Source: Longivirga aurantiaca (GTDB lineage: Bacteria > Actinomycetota > Actinomycetes > S36-B12 > CAIYMF01). From it: a stretch of DNA of 32,000 nucleotides. Position 1 is the stretch's first letter. Each line of letters starts with the position of its first letter. A program made the position numbers and the translations under genes. The notes below the pieces were generated by a model that worked only from the letters and a program-made list of their open reading frames with translations, ran no database searches and was not told the origin of the DNA. The stretch lies in NCBI RefSeq assembly GCF_042660085.1, contig NZ_JBHSTI010000008.1, positions 2,205,604-2,237,603 on the forward strand, written 5' to 3'. Below, piece after piece: positions 1 to 9,643 of the stretch.

Positions 1-142
1 GCACCTCGGCGCGGTCGGCGCCGTACCGGCCCGAGAGCAGGAACGGATGGTCGTGGCTGAGGTGCTCCAGCGCGACGCGGATCTCGGGCTCGGCGACGGG
101 GTCGCCGGCGACGGTGAGCGTGACGTGCCAGAACGGGAACAC
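1..142 (-). CDS. hypothetical protein, N-terminal part only (continues past window start)
   Basis: GTG at 142 follows a GAGGAGG...AGGAG purine tract, 28 nt after the proB stop. The reading VFPFWHVTLTVAGDPVAEPEIRVALEHLSHDHPFLLSGRYGADRAEV stays open to the window edge with nearly every third position G/C. No family recognised. Confidence 0.4.
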   Translation of the reverse strand, partial: MFPFWHVTLTVAGDPVAEPEIRVALEHLSHDHPFLLSGRYGADRAEV

Positions 143-170
143 GGCTCCTGGCACCTCCTCGCGACCGCGC

Positions 171-1289
171 CTACGGGCGTAGGACGACCAGGTCGTCGCG
201 GTGGACGACCTCCCGCTCGTACGCCGGCCCCAGCTCCCGGGCCAGGTCGCGGGTGGAACGCCCGAGCAGGCCTGGAAGCTCTGTCGAGTCAAAGTTGACC
301 AGCCCGCGGGCCACGGTGTTGCCGTTTTCGTCGAGCAGGTCCACCGGATCACCCGCGACGAACACGCCGGTGACCGACGTGATGCCGGCAGGCAGCAGCG
401 AGAGCCGCCGGCGTACGACGGCGTCGACGGCCCCGGGGTCGAGCGTGAGCCCGCCGCGTCCCGCCGTTGCGTGGCGCAGCCAGAGCAGCCGGGTGCCGCT
501 GCGCTCCCCGGTCGCGTGGAAGAGCGTGCCGACCGCGGCGCCCGAGAGCGCGGACGCCGCATTGTCCGCGCTCGTCAGCACCACCGGGATCCCGGCGGAG
601 GTCGCGATGCGCGCGGCCTCGACCTTGGTGACCATGCCGCCGAGGCCCACTCCTGATCCGGTGCCGCCGACCTCGACCCCGGCGAGGTCGGACTCCCCGC
701 GCACGTCGGTGATGAGCGAGGACCCGTCGCGGCTCGGCGGGCCGTCGTACAGCCCGTCGACGTCCGACAGCAGCACGAGGAGGTCGGCCTGCACGAGGTG
801 GGCGACGAGGGCCGCGAGCCTGTCGTTGTCGCCGAAGCGGATCTCGTCCGTTGCGACGGTGTCGTTCTCGTTGACGATCGGGACGACGCCGAGCTCAAGC
901 AGCCGGTAGAGGGTGCGCTGCGCGTTGCGGTAGTGGCTGCGGCGGATCACGTCCTCGGCGGTGAGCAGCACCTGGCCGACCGTGCGGCCGTGGCGGGCGA
1001 ACGCGCCGGTGTAGTGGGCGAGCAGGATCCCCTGACCCACGCTCGCTGCCGCCTGCTGGGTGGCGAGGTCGCGCGGACGGCGGCTGATCTTCAGCGTAGG
1101 AAGGCCGGTCGCGATCGCGCCGGAGCTGACCAGCACCAGCTCGACGCCGGCGCCGAGCCGGTCGCCGAGAGCGTCGACCAATGCGTCCACGCGCACGGCG
1201 TCGAGCCCGCCGCCGCGGTTGGTCAGGGACGACGACCCGACCTTCACCACGACGCGCGAGGCCCTGGTGACGACCTGCCGCTTGCCCAC
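171..1289 (-). CDS. proB: glutamate 5-kinase (amino-acid kinase domain plus C-terminal PUA domain)
   Basis: 372-aa ORF. N-terminal VVKVGSSSLT kinase motif, VSSGAIA, NENDTV, and a C-terminal PUA-like region (LPAGITSVTGVFVAGDPVDL...ARGLVNF). GTG start at 1289. Confidence 0.95.
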   Translation of the reverse strand: MGKRQVVTRASRVVVKVGSSSLTNRGGGLDAVRVDALVDALGDRLGAGVELVLVSSGAIATGLPTLKISRRPRDLATQQAAASVGQGILLAHYTGAFARHGRTVGQVLLTAEDVIRRSHYRNAQRTLYRLLELGVVPIVNENDTVATDEIRFGDNDRLAALVAHLVQADLLVLLSDVDGLYDGPPSRDGSSLITDVRGESDLAGVEVGGTGSGVGLGGMVTKVEAARIATSAGIPVVLTSADNAASALSGAAVGTLFHATGERSGTRLLWLRHATAGRGGLTLDPGAVDAVVRRRLSLLPAGITSVTGVFVAGDPVDLLDENGNTVARGLVNFDSTELPGLLGRSTRDLARELGPAYEREVVHRDDLVVLRP

Positions 1290-1344
1290 GAGCGCACATC
1301 CTGCCAGGGCGGTCGACGTCGGCCCCGGGTGGTATCAACGGCGC

Positions 1345-1641
1345 ATGAGCATCGAGGCGGCCTTCGCCGCGCCGCTGTGGCGCTGGAGCGGCGAGAGCGC
1401 GTGGCACTTCCTCACCGTGCCCGAGGCCGTGAGCGACGACATCCGCTCGTGCGTCGAGCCCGGCCCCGGCTTCGGCTCGGTGCGCGTGACTGTCACCGTC
1501 GGCGCGAGCACCTGGGAGACCTCGGTGTTCCCGGACGCGAAGTCGGGCCGCTACCTGCTGCCCGTGAAGGCCGGCGTACGCCGGAAGGAGCGGATCGAGG
1601 ACGGCGACGAGGTCGACGTGCACCTCGTGGTGCACGTCTGA
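1345..1641 (+). CDS. DUF1905 domain-containing small protein
   Basis: Internal ATG at 1345 of track ORF 1060..1641. MSIEAAFAAPLWRWSGESAWHFLTVPEAVSDDI...YLLPVKAGVRRKERIEDGDEVDVHL matches my recollection of the DUF1905 family. The upstream part of the track ORF overlaps proB antisense. Confidence 0.75.
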   Translation: MSIEAAFAAPLWRWSGESAWHFLTVPEAVSDDIRSCVEPGPGFGSVRVTVTVGASTWETSVFPDAKSGRYLLPVKAGVRRKERIEDGDEVDVHLVVHV

Positions 1642-1667
1642 CCCCGCTCGGCGCGTGAATCTGCCCC

Positions 1668-1697
1668 CGGTTTGGTCGTGACTTCACGACCAAACCG
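1668..1697. terminator. bidirectional stem-loop between convergent DUF1905 gene and obg
   Basis: Perfect inverted repeat CGGTTTGGTCGTG-ACTT-CACGACCAAACCG (13-bp stem, 4-nt loop), 27 nt after the DUF1905 stop and 58 nt after the obg stop. No U-tract. Confidence 0.55.
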
Positions 1698-1754
1698 CTG
1701 CAGAAGCAGCCAATCCGGGGGCAAATCGCCGTGACTGCGCGGGAGGGTGCAGGG

Positions 1755-3131
1755 TCAGTGGCCGAGCAGGCGGTCGTCGCTGCCGCGGGGGCCGCCGAGC
1801 GGCGTGCCGGCGGCGATGGTCGGCTCGAAGTCGAAGACCACGGCGTTGTCCTCCGGGCCGATGACGACCGTGGCACCGGGAACCGCGCCGAGCTCGAGGA
1901 GCTTGTCCTCGACGCCGAGGCGCGCGAGGCGGTCGGCGAGATAGCCCACGGCCTCGTCGTTGGAGAAGTCCGTCTGGCGCACCCATCGCTGCGGGCGCTC
2001 GCCGCGCACGAGGTAGCGGACGCCCTCGGCGTCCTCCTCGCGCGTGACGGTGAAGCCGGTGTCGTCGACGGCCTTCGGCGTGAGCACGACGCGGGGCGCC
2101 ACCTCGACGATCACGCTATCGCGGCGCTCCTTCACGAGCTTCGCCATGGCGAAGCCGAGCTCGCGCAGGCCATCGTGAGCGACGGCGCTGACCTCGACCA
2201 CGGTGAGGCCGCGCGCCTCCAGCTCGGGCTTCACGAGGTCGGCGAGCTCGCGCGCCTCGGGCACGTCCACCTTGTTGAGGACGACGAGGCGCGGCCGGTC
2301 GGCGAGGTCGCCCTCGGTGCCGCCGTACGCCGCGAGCTCGGCCTCGATCACGTCGAGGTCGGTCAGCGGGTCACGGCCCGGGTCGAGCGTCGCGCAGTCG
2401 AGCACGTGCACGAGCACGTGGCAGCGCTCGACGTGGCGCAGGAACTCCAGGCCGAGGCCCTTGCCCTCGCTCGCGCCCGGGATGAGGCCGGGGACGTCGG
2501 CGACGGTGAAGACGGTGTCGCCCGCGGTGACGACGCCGAGGTTGGGCACCAGCGTCGTGAACGGGTAGTCGGCGATCTTCGGACGGGCCGCGGACATCGC
2601 GGCGATGAGCGAGGACTTGCCGGCGCTCGGGAAGCCGACGAGCGCGACGTCGGCGACGGACTTCAGCTCGAACACGACGTCGAGCGCCTCGCCCGGCTCA
2701 CCGAGCAGCGCGAAGCCCGGGGCCTTGCGGCGCGTGCTCGCGAGCGCCGCGTTGCCGAGGCCGCCGTGGCCGCCCCGGGCGATCACGGCCTCCATGCCGC
2801 CGGCCACGAGGTCGGCCAGGACGTTGCCGCGGTTGTCGAGCACGACCGTGCCCGGCGGGACGCGCAGGACGATGTCGGCACCCTGGCCGCCGTTGCGGTG
2901 GCCGCCCTCGCCCGGGCGGCCGTTGCCGGCGCGGCGGTGCGGGCCGTGGTGGAACTCAAGCAGCGAGGTGACGTTGGGGTCGACCACCAGGCGCACGTCG
3001 CCGCCGTGGCCGCCGTTGCCGCCGTCCGGGCCGCCGAGGGGCTTGAACTTCTCGCGGTAGACCGAGGCGCAGCCGTGGCCGCCGTCCCCGCCCGCGACGT
3101 GCAGGACGACGCGGTCGACGAAGGTGGTCAT
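1755..3131 (-). CDS. obg: GTPase Obg/CgtA
   Basis: 458 aa. Glycine-rich Obg fold ([33 protein letters not shown]), G1 [10 protein letters not shown]3 [10 protein letters not shown]4 NKVD, and a C-terminal OCT-type domain. Confidence 0.97.
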   Translation of the reverse strand: MTTFVDRVVLHVAGGDGGHGCASVYREKFKPLGGPDGGNGGHGGDVRLVVDPNVTSLLEFHHGPHRRAGNGRPGEGGHRNGGQGADIVLRVPPGTVVLDNRGNVLADLVAGGMEAVIARGGHGGLGNAALASTRRKAPGFALLGEPGEALDVVFELKSVADVALVGFPSAGKSSLIAAMSAARPKIADYPFTTLVPNLGVVTAGDTVFTVADVPGLIPGASEGKGLGLEFLRHVERCHVLVHVLDCATLDPGRDPLTDLDVIEAELAAYGGTEGDLADRPRLVVLNKVDVPEARELADLVKPELEARGLTVVEVSAVAHDGLRELGFAMAKLVKERRDSVIVEVAPRVVLTPKAVDDTGFTVTREEDAEGVRYLVRGERPQRWVRQTDFSNDEAVGYLADRLARLGVEDKLLELGAVPGATVVIGPEDNAVVFDFEPTIAAGTPLGGPRGSDDRLLGH

Positions 3132-3208
3132 GTGTCTGCTCTCGGTTCTGCTGCGGTGCGGCGATCGGTGCGGGTGGCTCAGGGGGTGGTGCGCAGGGCG
3201 GGCATGCG

Positions 3209-3240
3209 TGAGGGGGCGAGCCGAACGGCTCGCCCCCTCA
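3209..3240 (-). terminator. stem-loop downstream of rpmA, upstream of obg
   Basis: TGAGGGGGCGAGCC-GAAC-GGCTCGCCCCCTCA, a 14-bp GC-rich stem, 28 nt after the rpmA stop on the minus strand. Confidence 0.6.
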
Positions 3241-3267
3241 CGACAGGGTCATGCGTGGGTCGTGCGG

Positions 3268-3519
3268 TCACTCACCGACGACGTTGACGACGCGGCGACC
3301 GCGACGGGTGCCGAACTCGACCGCGCCGGCGGCGAGGGCGAACAGCGTGTCGTCCTTGCCGCGGCCGACGTTCTCACCCGGGTGGAAGTGGGTGCCGCGC
3401 TGGCGGACGATGATCTCGCCGGCGTTGACCTGCTGACCACCGAAGCGCTTCACGCCGAGGCGCTGGGCGTTGGAGTCGCGGCCGTTCCTGGTGCTGGAAG
3501 CACCCTTCTTGTGAGCCAT
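3268..3519 (-). CDS. rpmA: 50S ribosomal protein L27
   Basis: 83 aa; [29 protein letters not shown] is the canonical L27 N-terminus. Confidence 0.98.
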   Translation of the reverse strand: MAHKKGASSTRNGRDSNAQRLGVKRFGGQQVNAGEIIVRQRGTHFHPGENVGRGKDDTLFALAAGAVEFGTRRGRRVVNVVGE

Positions 3520-3549
3520 GTGTCGTCAGTCCTCGGTCGTCTCAGGCGC

Positions 3550-3861
3550 TCAGGAGGTCTCGATGCCGGTCACGCGCACCTTGGTGAGCTTCGCGCGGAA
3601 GCCCTGGCGGCGCTTGTAGCCGGTCTTGTTCTTGTACTTCTGGATACGGATCTTCGGGCCCTTGGTGTGCTCGACGACCTCGGCGGTGACGGTGACGCCT
3701 GCGAGCGCCTTCGCGTCGCTGGTGACGGTCTCACCGTCCACGAGAAGCAGCGCGGGCAGGGTCATGGTCGACCCGGCGTCGTTGCCCTGACGGTCCAGCT
3801 CGATGACGTCGCCGACAGCGACCTTCTCCTGCCGGCCGCCGGCCTTGACGATGGCGTACAC
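3550..3861 (-). CDS. rplU: 50S ribosomal protein L21
   Basis: 103 aa; [18 protein letters not shown]... GTG start at 3861 with TGGAGA 6 nt upstream. Confidence 0.97.
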   Translation of the reverse strand: MYAIVKAGGRQEKVAVGDVIELDRQGNDAGSTMTLPALLLVDGETVTSDAKALAGVTVTAEVVEHTKGPKIRIQKYKNKTGYKRRQGFRAKLTKVRVTGIETS

Positions 3862-3999
3862 CGCGGATCTCCATTCACAAACGTTCTCGGGACGACGCCC
3901 ACGGCAGCGACCTCGGAAGGAGGTTGAACCGAATCCAGAGGCCTGGAGGCGTCACGGGTGCCTGGGCACCGAGGGTCAAGGGTACGAACCGGGCCGTGT

Positions 4000-4030
4000 G
4001 CGGGTCAAACCGGCCCCCCGGCCGACCCGC
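4000..4030 (-). terminator. candidate stem-loop after rne
   Basis: GCGGGTC...CCGG-CCCC-CCGG...GACCCGC, a nested inverted repeat 27 nt after the rne stop. Imperfect, no U-tract. Confidence 0.35.
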
Positions 4031-4056
4031 CCACGGCTCGCTCCGCGTGAGCAGGC

Positions 4057-6765
4057 TCACCCGGCCGAGGCCGGGCCTGCCTTGCGGGTGGCCTTGCGCG
4101 GACCCCGCTTGCGCGGGGCGGGCTTGCTCTCCGGCGCCTCGGAGGCCGCGGGGGCCTCCTGGGACGCACGGGGGGTCTCCGGGGCCGTGGCGGTGCCCTC
4201 ACGGGGCTCCTCGGGCTGCTCGGCGTGGTGGGCCTGGTCCTCGGCGACCGCGGCGGAGGCCTCGGCAGCCGCGGCGGCGGCGGCGTCGGCGGCCCGCTTG
4301 GCGGCCGCGGCGTGGACCTTCTCCATCGCCTCGGTCACCTTCGGGTCGATCGCGCGCGGCTCGACCTCGGGAGCGGCTGCGGCGGACTTGCGGCCCTTGC
4401 GGCCGCCGCCCTCGGGCTCCGCGCCCTTGCGCTTGCGGCTGCGGCCGCCCGCGCCGCCGGCGTCGGGCTCGCCCTCACCGGCGGTCGCCTTGGCGGCGAC
4501 CGGCTCGCTGTGGACGTGGTAGCCGCGTCCCTGGCAGGCCTCGCAGGTCTCGCTGAAGACCTCGAGCAGGCCCTGGCCGATGCGCTTGCGCGTCATCTGC
4601 ACGAGCCCGAGCGAGGTGACCTCGGCGACCTGGTGCTTGGTGCGGTCGCGGCCGAGGCACTCGACCAGGCGGCGCAGGACGAGGTCGCGGTTGCTCTCGA
4701 GCACCATGTCGATGAAGTCGACGACGATGATGCCGCCGATGTCGCGCAGCCGGAGCTGGCGGACGATCTCCTCCGCGGCCTCGAGGTTGTTGCGGGTGAC
4801 CGTCTCCTCGAGGTTGCCGCCCTGACCGGTGAACTTGCCGGTGTTGACGTCGACGACGGTCATCGCCTCGGTGCGATCGATCACGAGCGAGCCGCCCGAG
4901 GGCAGCCACACCTTGCGGTCGAGCGCCTTGGCGAGCTGCTCGTCGATGCGCATCTCGCGGAACAGGTCGCCGGGGCCGACCCACGGCCGGACGCGCTCGG
5001 CGAGGTCGGGTGCCACGCCGGCGACGTACTCCGTCAGCGTCTCGGCGATCTCCGAGCCCTCGACGAGGAGCTGGGTGAAGTCCTCGTTGAAGATGTCGCG
5101 GACGACCTTGATCGCGAGGTCGGGCTCGCCGTGCAGGAGCGCGGGGCCGCCGTTGGCGGCCGAGATCTTCTCCTGGATCTGGGTCCACTGGTCGGCGAGG
5201 CGCTCGACGTCGCGACGCAGCTCCTCCTCCGCAGCGCCCTCGGCCGCCGTGCGCACGATGACGCCGGCGTCCTCGGGCACGACCTGGCGCAGGATCGCCT
5301 TGAGGCGGGAGCGCTCGGCGTCCGGCAGCTTGCGGCTGATGCCCGTCATCTGGCCCTCGGGCACGTAGACGACGAAGCGGCCGGGCAGCGAGATCTGCGC
5401 CGTGAGGCGCGCGCCCTTGTGGCCGAGCGGGTCCTTGCTGACCTGCACGAGCACGGGGTCACCGGGCTTGAGCGCGGCCTCGATGCGCTTGGGCTGGCCC
5501 TCGAGGCCGGCGGCGTCCCAGTTGACCTCGCCGGCGTAGAGGACGGCGTTGCGGCCGCGACCGATGTCGACGAATGCGGCCTCCATGCTCGGCAGCACGT
5601 TCTGGACCTTGCCCAGGTAGACGTTGCCGATCATCGAGGCGCCGTTGTTGCGGTTGACGTAGTGCTCGACGAGCACGCCGTCCTCGAGCACGGCGATCTG
5701 GGTGCGGTCGTCGCGCTGGCGCACGACCATCACGCGCTCGACGGCCTCGCGGCGGGCGAGGAACTCGGCCTCGGTGAGGATCGACGGACGGCGACGTCCG
5801 GCCTCGCGGCCCTCGCGACGGCGCTGCTTCTTGGCCTCGAGGCGGGTCGAGCCCTTGACGGAGGTGACCTCGGACGACGCGGAGCGCTGACGCGGCTCAC
5901 GCACGCGCACTACGGTGTTCGGCGGGTCGTCCTGATCGGCACCGTCGCCCGAGGCGCCCCGGCGACGACGGCGGCGACGACGGCTGCTGCCCTCGGAACG
6001 GTCGCCGTCCTCGGAGTCGTCGGACTCCTCGGCGGTCTCTGCGGCCTCGGTCGGCTCGACGTCGTCGTTGTCGGACTCGTCCGAGCCGTCGGCGTCCTCG
6101 CCGGTCCGGCGACGACGGCCGCGGCCGCCCCGACGGCGACGGCGACGGGCGGCGGTGCTGCCGCCCTCGTCCTCCGCGTCGATGGCCTCGGCGTCGACCT
6201 CGACCTCGGTCTCGGCGTCCGCGTCGGCCTCGAGCTCCTCGTCCTCGACGACGGGCTCCTCCACCACGGGGGCGGCGGCCTTCTTGGCGGGGCGCTTGCG
6301 GGCGGGCGGGGCGTCGGCGCTCGGCGCCTGGAACATGAGCATGCCTGCGGCCGGAGCGGCGGACGGCTCGGGGGCGACGGTGCCGTCGACGACGGCGGAG
6401 AACGCCGGCACCTCGATGGCCTTGCGGCTACGGGTGCGCTTGGCGGGCTTGTCGGTGGGTGCAGCGTCCGTGGGCGCAGCGTCGGCCGGGGCCTCGGCGG
6501 GCTCGGGCTCGGCGCTCGGCGCGGACTTCTTGGCCGCGGTCTTCTTGGCCGCCGGCTTCTTGGCAGGCGCCTTCTTGGCGGCCGACTTCTTGGCGGGTGC
6601 CGCGGCGGCGGGCGCCTCGTCCGCGGCGGGTGCCTCGGGCGTGCTCTCGCCCGCAGGGGCGACGACGGGCGGGCCGGCCGGTCGCCCGGCCGCGCGGCGG
6701 CGGGGGCGGCGTGCGGCGGGGCCGTCGGTCGCGTCGGTGGTGGTGGTGGGGGTCTCGTCGCTCAC
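4057..6765 (-). CDS. rne: ribonuclease E/G family endoribonuclease with long disordered N- and C-terminal extensions (actinobacterial RNase E)
   Basis: 902 aa. S1 domain (IGNVYLGKVQNVLPSMEAAFVDIG), catalytic core (GGIIVVDFIDM), Zn-link CEACQGRG, and flanking Ala/Pro/Lys/Arg/Glu-rich low-complexity arms. GTG start at 6765 with AGGAG 8 nt upstream. Confidence 0.95.
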   Translation of the reverse strand: MSDETPTTTTDATDGPAARRPRRRAAGRPAGPPVVAPAGESTPEAPAADEAPAAAAPAKKSAAKKAPAKKPAAKKTAAKKSAPSAEPEPAEAPADAAPTDAAPTDKPAKRTRSRKAIEVPAFSAVVDGTVAPEPSAAPAAGMLMFQAPSADAPPARKRPAKKAAAPVVEEPVVEDEELEADADAETEVEVDAEAIDAEDEGGSTAARRRRRRGGRGRRRRTGEDADGSDESDNDDVEPTEAAETAEESDDSEDGDRSEGSSRRRRRRRRGASGDGADQDDPPNTVVRVREPRQRSASSEVTSVKGSTRLEAKKQRRREGREAGRRRPSILTEAEFLARREAVERVMVVRQRDDRTQIAVLEDGVLVEHYVNRNNGASMIGNVYLGKVQNVLPSMEAAFVDIGRGRNAVLYAGEVNWDAAGLEGQPKRIEAALKPGDPVLVQVSKDPLGHKGARLTAQISLPGRFVVYVPEGQMTGISRKLPDAERSRLKAILRQVVPEDAGVIVRTAAEGAAEEELRRDVERLADQWTQIQEKISAANGGPALLHGEPDLAIKVVRDIFNEDFTQLLVEGSEIAETLTEYVAGVAPDLAERVRPWVGPGDLFREMRIDEQLAKALDRKVWLPSGGSLVIDRTEAMTVVDVNTGKFTGQGGNLEETVTRNNLEAAEEIVRQLRLRDIGGIIVVDFIDMVLESNRDLVLRRLVECLGRDRTKHQVAEVTSLGLVQMTRKRIGQGLLEVFSETCEACQGRGYHVHSEPVAAKATAGEGEPDAGGAGGRSRKRKGAEPEGGGRKGRKSAAAAPEVEPRAIDPKVTEAMEKVHAAAAKRAADAAAAAAAEASAAVAEDQAHHAEQPEEPREGTATAPETPRASQEAPAASEAPESKPAPRKRGPRKATRKAGPASAG
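6526..6594 (-). repeat. 15-bp tandem repeat x5 inside rne encoding AKKxA pentapeptides
   Basis: CTTCTTGGC recurs at 6526, 6541, 6556, 6571 and 6586 (exact 15-bp period). It translates on the minus strand to AKKSAAKKAPAKKPAAKKTAAKKSA. Confidence 0.9.
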
Positions 6766-6782
6766 GCGAACTACTCCTGTCC

Positions 6783-6815
6783 GACCTCCGGGTTCCGGGG
6801 AACCGCGCGGAGGTC
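6783..6815 (-). promoter_or_regulatory. stable stem-loop in rne 5' leader, just upstream of the SD
   Basis: GACCTCCG-GGTTC-CGGG-GAACC-GCG-CGGAGGTC (8+5 bp, one 3-nt bulge), lying 18-50 nt upstream of the rne GTG. Confidence 0.4.
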
Positions 6816-6904
6816 ACGTCGCCCGGCACCGAGGCACCGGACGAAAGCCAGTGGGATGCATCGGTACGCGCCCGGAGAGGCGTGGACCGGTGCCGACGCC
6901 GGCC

Positions 6905-7681
6905 TCAGGCGCGGTCAGCCGCGAGCGGATCGGACACCGTGAGGATCACGGGTCCGGTGCTCGCGTCCGCAGCGAGCGGCCCCTGCGCCAGCCGGGTCAC
7001 CCGAGGGGGGACCGGCGGCACCAGGTCGGCCACAAGCCGCAGAGCGGCGAGGACGTCGTCGGGTCGCACGGACGGGGTTACGTGCCTTACGACCAGGGCG
7101 AGTATCGCACAGGGCTCGCCCGAGTCTCCCCCGGCAGCCTCCGGCTGCGCGTGGCGCGCCTCGAGCCGGACCACCGGGCCGCGCGCGTCGAACGTCCGCA
7201 TGCCGGACTTCGTGAGGCGCTGGACCTCGACCACGTCCGCCGCGAGGAACGCCGCGGCGGCTGCCTCGACCTGCTCGATCGGCAGGCCGGGGAGCTCGAG
7301 GGTCCACACGCTCGCCTGGAGGCGGTCGGCCAGGTCGGGCGTGCGCACCTGCACCACCTCGAGCACGTCGATGCCCGGCGGCAGGGCCTCGTCGAGCGCC
7401 TCGCGCACCTTGTCGGGGTCGAGCACGGCGGTCACCGCGATCTCGACGTACTCGGCCTCGCTGGCCGTGCCCGTGGGCGCGGCGTTCGCGTAGGAGATGC
7501 GCGGGTGCGGGTTGAAGCCCTGGCTGTAGGCCATGGGGACGCCCGTGCGGCGCAGCGCGCGCTCGAAGGCGCGCTGGAAGTCGCGGGTGCTCGTGAACCG
7601 GAGCCGGCCGCGCTTGGCGTAGCGCAGCCGCAGCCGCTGGACGGTCGGCGCGACGTCGCGGACCGGTGCCTGGCGTGCCAT
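6905..7681 (-). CDS. TIGR03936-type radical-SAM-associated protein (DUF2344)
   Basis: 258 aa. RLRLRYAKRGRLRFTSTRDFQRAFERALRRTGVPMAYSQGFNPHPRISY is typical of this family as I recall it. ATG at 7681 directly abuts the upstream gene's TAG (7682-7684). Confidence 0.85.
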   Translation of the reverse strand: MARQAPVRDVAPTVQRLRLRYAKRGRLRFTSTRDFQRAFERALRRTGVPMAYSQGFNPHPRISYANAAPTGTASEAEYVEIAVTAVLDPDKVREALDEALPPGIDVLEVVQVRTPDLADRLQASVWTLELPGLPIEQVEAAAAAFLAADVVEVQRLTKSGMRTFDARGPVVRLEARHAQPEAAGGDSGEPCAILALVVRHVTPSVRPDDVLAALRLVADLVPPVPPRVTRLAQGPLAADASTGPVILTVSDPLAADRA

Positions 7682-9643
7682 CTAGACCGCCGGCTCGGGC
7701 GTGAGGCCCTCGCCGCGCACGGGAAGCGCCGGCATGCCGAGGAGGGTGACCCCGGTGGGGCCGACCTGGATCTCGGTGCCCATCTGGTCGCAGACGCCGC
7801 AGTCGAAGCACGGGGTCCAGCGGCAGTCCTCGACCGGAACCTCGGACAGCGCGTCCTGCCAGTCCTCCCAGAGCCAGTCCTTGTCGAGGCCGCTGTCGAG
7901 GTGGTCCCAGGGGAGCACCTCGGTGTACTCGCGCTCACGGGTGGTGTACCAGGCGACGTCGACGGGCAGGTCGGCCAGGGCGACGTCGGCCGCACCCATC
8001 CAGCGGTCGAACGAGAAGTGCTCGCTCCAGCCGTCGAAGCGGGCGCCGTCGCGCCAGGCCTGCTCGATGACGGCGCCGATGCGGCGGTCTCCACGGCTGA
8101 GCAGTCCTTCGACGATGCCGGGCCGGCCGTCGTGATAGCGGTAGCCGATCGCCTTGCCGTACTGACGGTCGGCGCGGATCGCGTCGCGCAGCTTGTGCAG
8201 GCGGGCGTCGGTGGTCTCGTGGTCGAGCTGCGCGGCCCACTGGAACGGCGTGTGCGGCTTGGGGACGAAGCCCCCGATGCTGACGGTGCAGCGGATGTCG
8301 CGGGTGCCGCTGGCCTTGCGGCCCGCCTCGATCACGCGGCGCGCGACCTCGGCGATCTGCAGCACGTCCTCGTCGGTCTCGGTGGGGAGGCCGCACATGA
8401 AGTAGAGCTTGACGTTGCGCCAGCCGTTGCCGTACGCCGTGGTGACGGTGCGGATGAGGTCTTCCTCGGTCACCATCTTGTTGATCACGCGGCGCATGCG
8501 CTCGCTGCCGCCCTCGGGCGCGAAGGTGAGCCCGCTGCGGCGGCCGTTGCGGGTGAGCTCGTTGGCGAGGTCGATGTTGAACGCGTCGACGCGCGTGCTC
8601 GGCAGGCTGAGGCCGGTCTCGGTGCCCTCGTACCGGTCTGCCAGGCCCTTGGCGAGCGCGGCGATCTCGCTGTGGTCGGCGCTCGAGAGGCTGAGCAGGC
8701 CGACCTCCTCGTAGCCGGTCTTCTCGAGGCCGTTGTCGACCATCTCGGCGATGCTGCGCGCGCTGCGCTCGCGGACCGGGCGCGTGATCATGCCTGCCTG
8801 GCAGAAGCGGCACCCGCGGGTGCAGCCGCGGAAGATCTCGACGCTCATGCGCTCGTGCACGCTCTCGGCGAGCGGCACGAGCGGAGCCTTCGGGTAGGGC
8901 CACTCGTCGAGGTCCATCACCGTGTGCTTGCTGACGCGCCACGGCACGCCGGGGCGGTTGGGCGCCACGCGCTGGATACGGCCGTCGGGGAGGTAGTCGA
9001 CGTCGTAGAAGGCCGGCACGTAGACGTTGCCGGTGCGCGCGAGGCGGAGCAGCAGCTCCTCGCGGCCGCCGGGGCGGCCCTCGGCCTTCCAGTCGCGCAC
9101 GATGTCGGTGATCGCGAGCACCGCCTGCTCGCCGTCGCCGAGCACGGCGGCGTCGACGAAGTCGGCGATGGTCTCGGGGTTGAAGGCCGCGTGGCCGCCG
9201 GCGATGACGACCGGGTGCGTCTCGTCGCGGTCGCGCGCGTGCAGCGGGATGCCCGCGAGGTCAATCGCGGTGAGCATGTTGGTGTAGCCGAGCTCGGTGG
9301 AGAAGCTGAGGCCGAACAGGTCGAACGCGCCGACCGGGCGGTGCTGGTCGACGGTGAACTGCGGGACGGCGTTCTCCCGCATCAGCTTCTCGAGGTCGGG
9401 CCAGACGGCGTACGTGCGCTCGGCGAGGGCGTCGGGGCGCTCGTTGATGACCTCGTACAGGATCTGCACGCCCTGGTTGGGCACGCCGACCTCGTACGCG
9501 TCCGGGTACATGAGCACCCAGCGGACGGCGACGGAGTCCCACTCCTTGGTGACGGCGTTGAGCTCGCCGCCGACGTACTGGACCGGCTTGGACACCAGCG
9601 GCAGGAGCGCCTCGAGCTGGGGGAACACAGACTCGACGGGCAC
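7682..9643 (-). CDS. TIGR03960-type B12-binding-domain radical SAM protein (function unknown)
   Basis: CX3CX2C cluster motif FRGCTRGCRFCQAG. The family-typical N-terminus FPQLEALLPLVSKPVQYVGGELN begins just after the GTG at 9643, which has GGAAAGG 7 nt upstream. The track start at 9790 (TTG) is probably too long. Start uncertain: 9643 versus 9709. Confidence 0.85.
   Translation of the reverse strand: MPVESVFPQLEALLPLVSKPVQYVGGELNAVTKEWDSVAVRWVLMYPDAYEVGVPNQGVQILYEVINERPDALAERTYAVWPDLEKLMRENAVPQFTVDQHRPVGAFDLFGLSFSTELGYTNMLTAIDLAGIPLHARDRDETHPVVIAGGHAAFNPETIADFVDAAVLGDGEQAVLAITDIVRDWKAEGRPGGREELLLRLARTGNVYVPAFYDVDYLPDGRIQRVAPNRPGVPWRVSKHTVMDLDEWPYPKAPLVPLAESVHERMSVEIFRGCTRGCRFCQAGMITRPVRERSARSIAEMVDNGLEKTGYEEVGLLSLSSADHSEIAALAKGLADRYEGTETGLSLPSTRVDAFNIDLANELTRNGRRSGLTFAPEGGSERMRRVINKMVTEEDLIRTVTTAYGNGWRNVKLYFMCGLPTETDEDVLQIAEVARRVIEAGRKASGTRDIRCTVSIGGFVPKPHTPFQWAAQLDHETTDARLHKLRDAIRADRQYGKAIGYRYHDGRPGIVEGLLSRGDRRIGAVIEQAWRDGARFDGWSEHFSFDRWMGAADVALADLPVDVAWYTTREREYTEVLPWDHLDSGLDKDWLWEDWQDALSEVPVEDCRWTPCFDCGVCDQMGTEIQVGPTGVTLLGMPALPVRGEGLTPEPAV

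Noticed and set aside
3951-3979. TTGACC plus the 14-bp palindrome GGTGCCCAGGCACC upstream of rplU as a sigma-70-type promoter/operator
   Set aside because: No TANNNT-like -10 hexamer sits at 16-19 nt from the TTGACC, so a promoter call is unsupported. The palindrome alone is too short to interpret.
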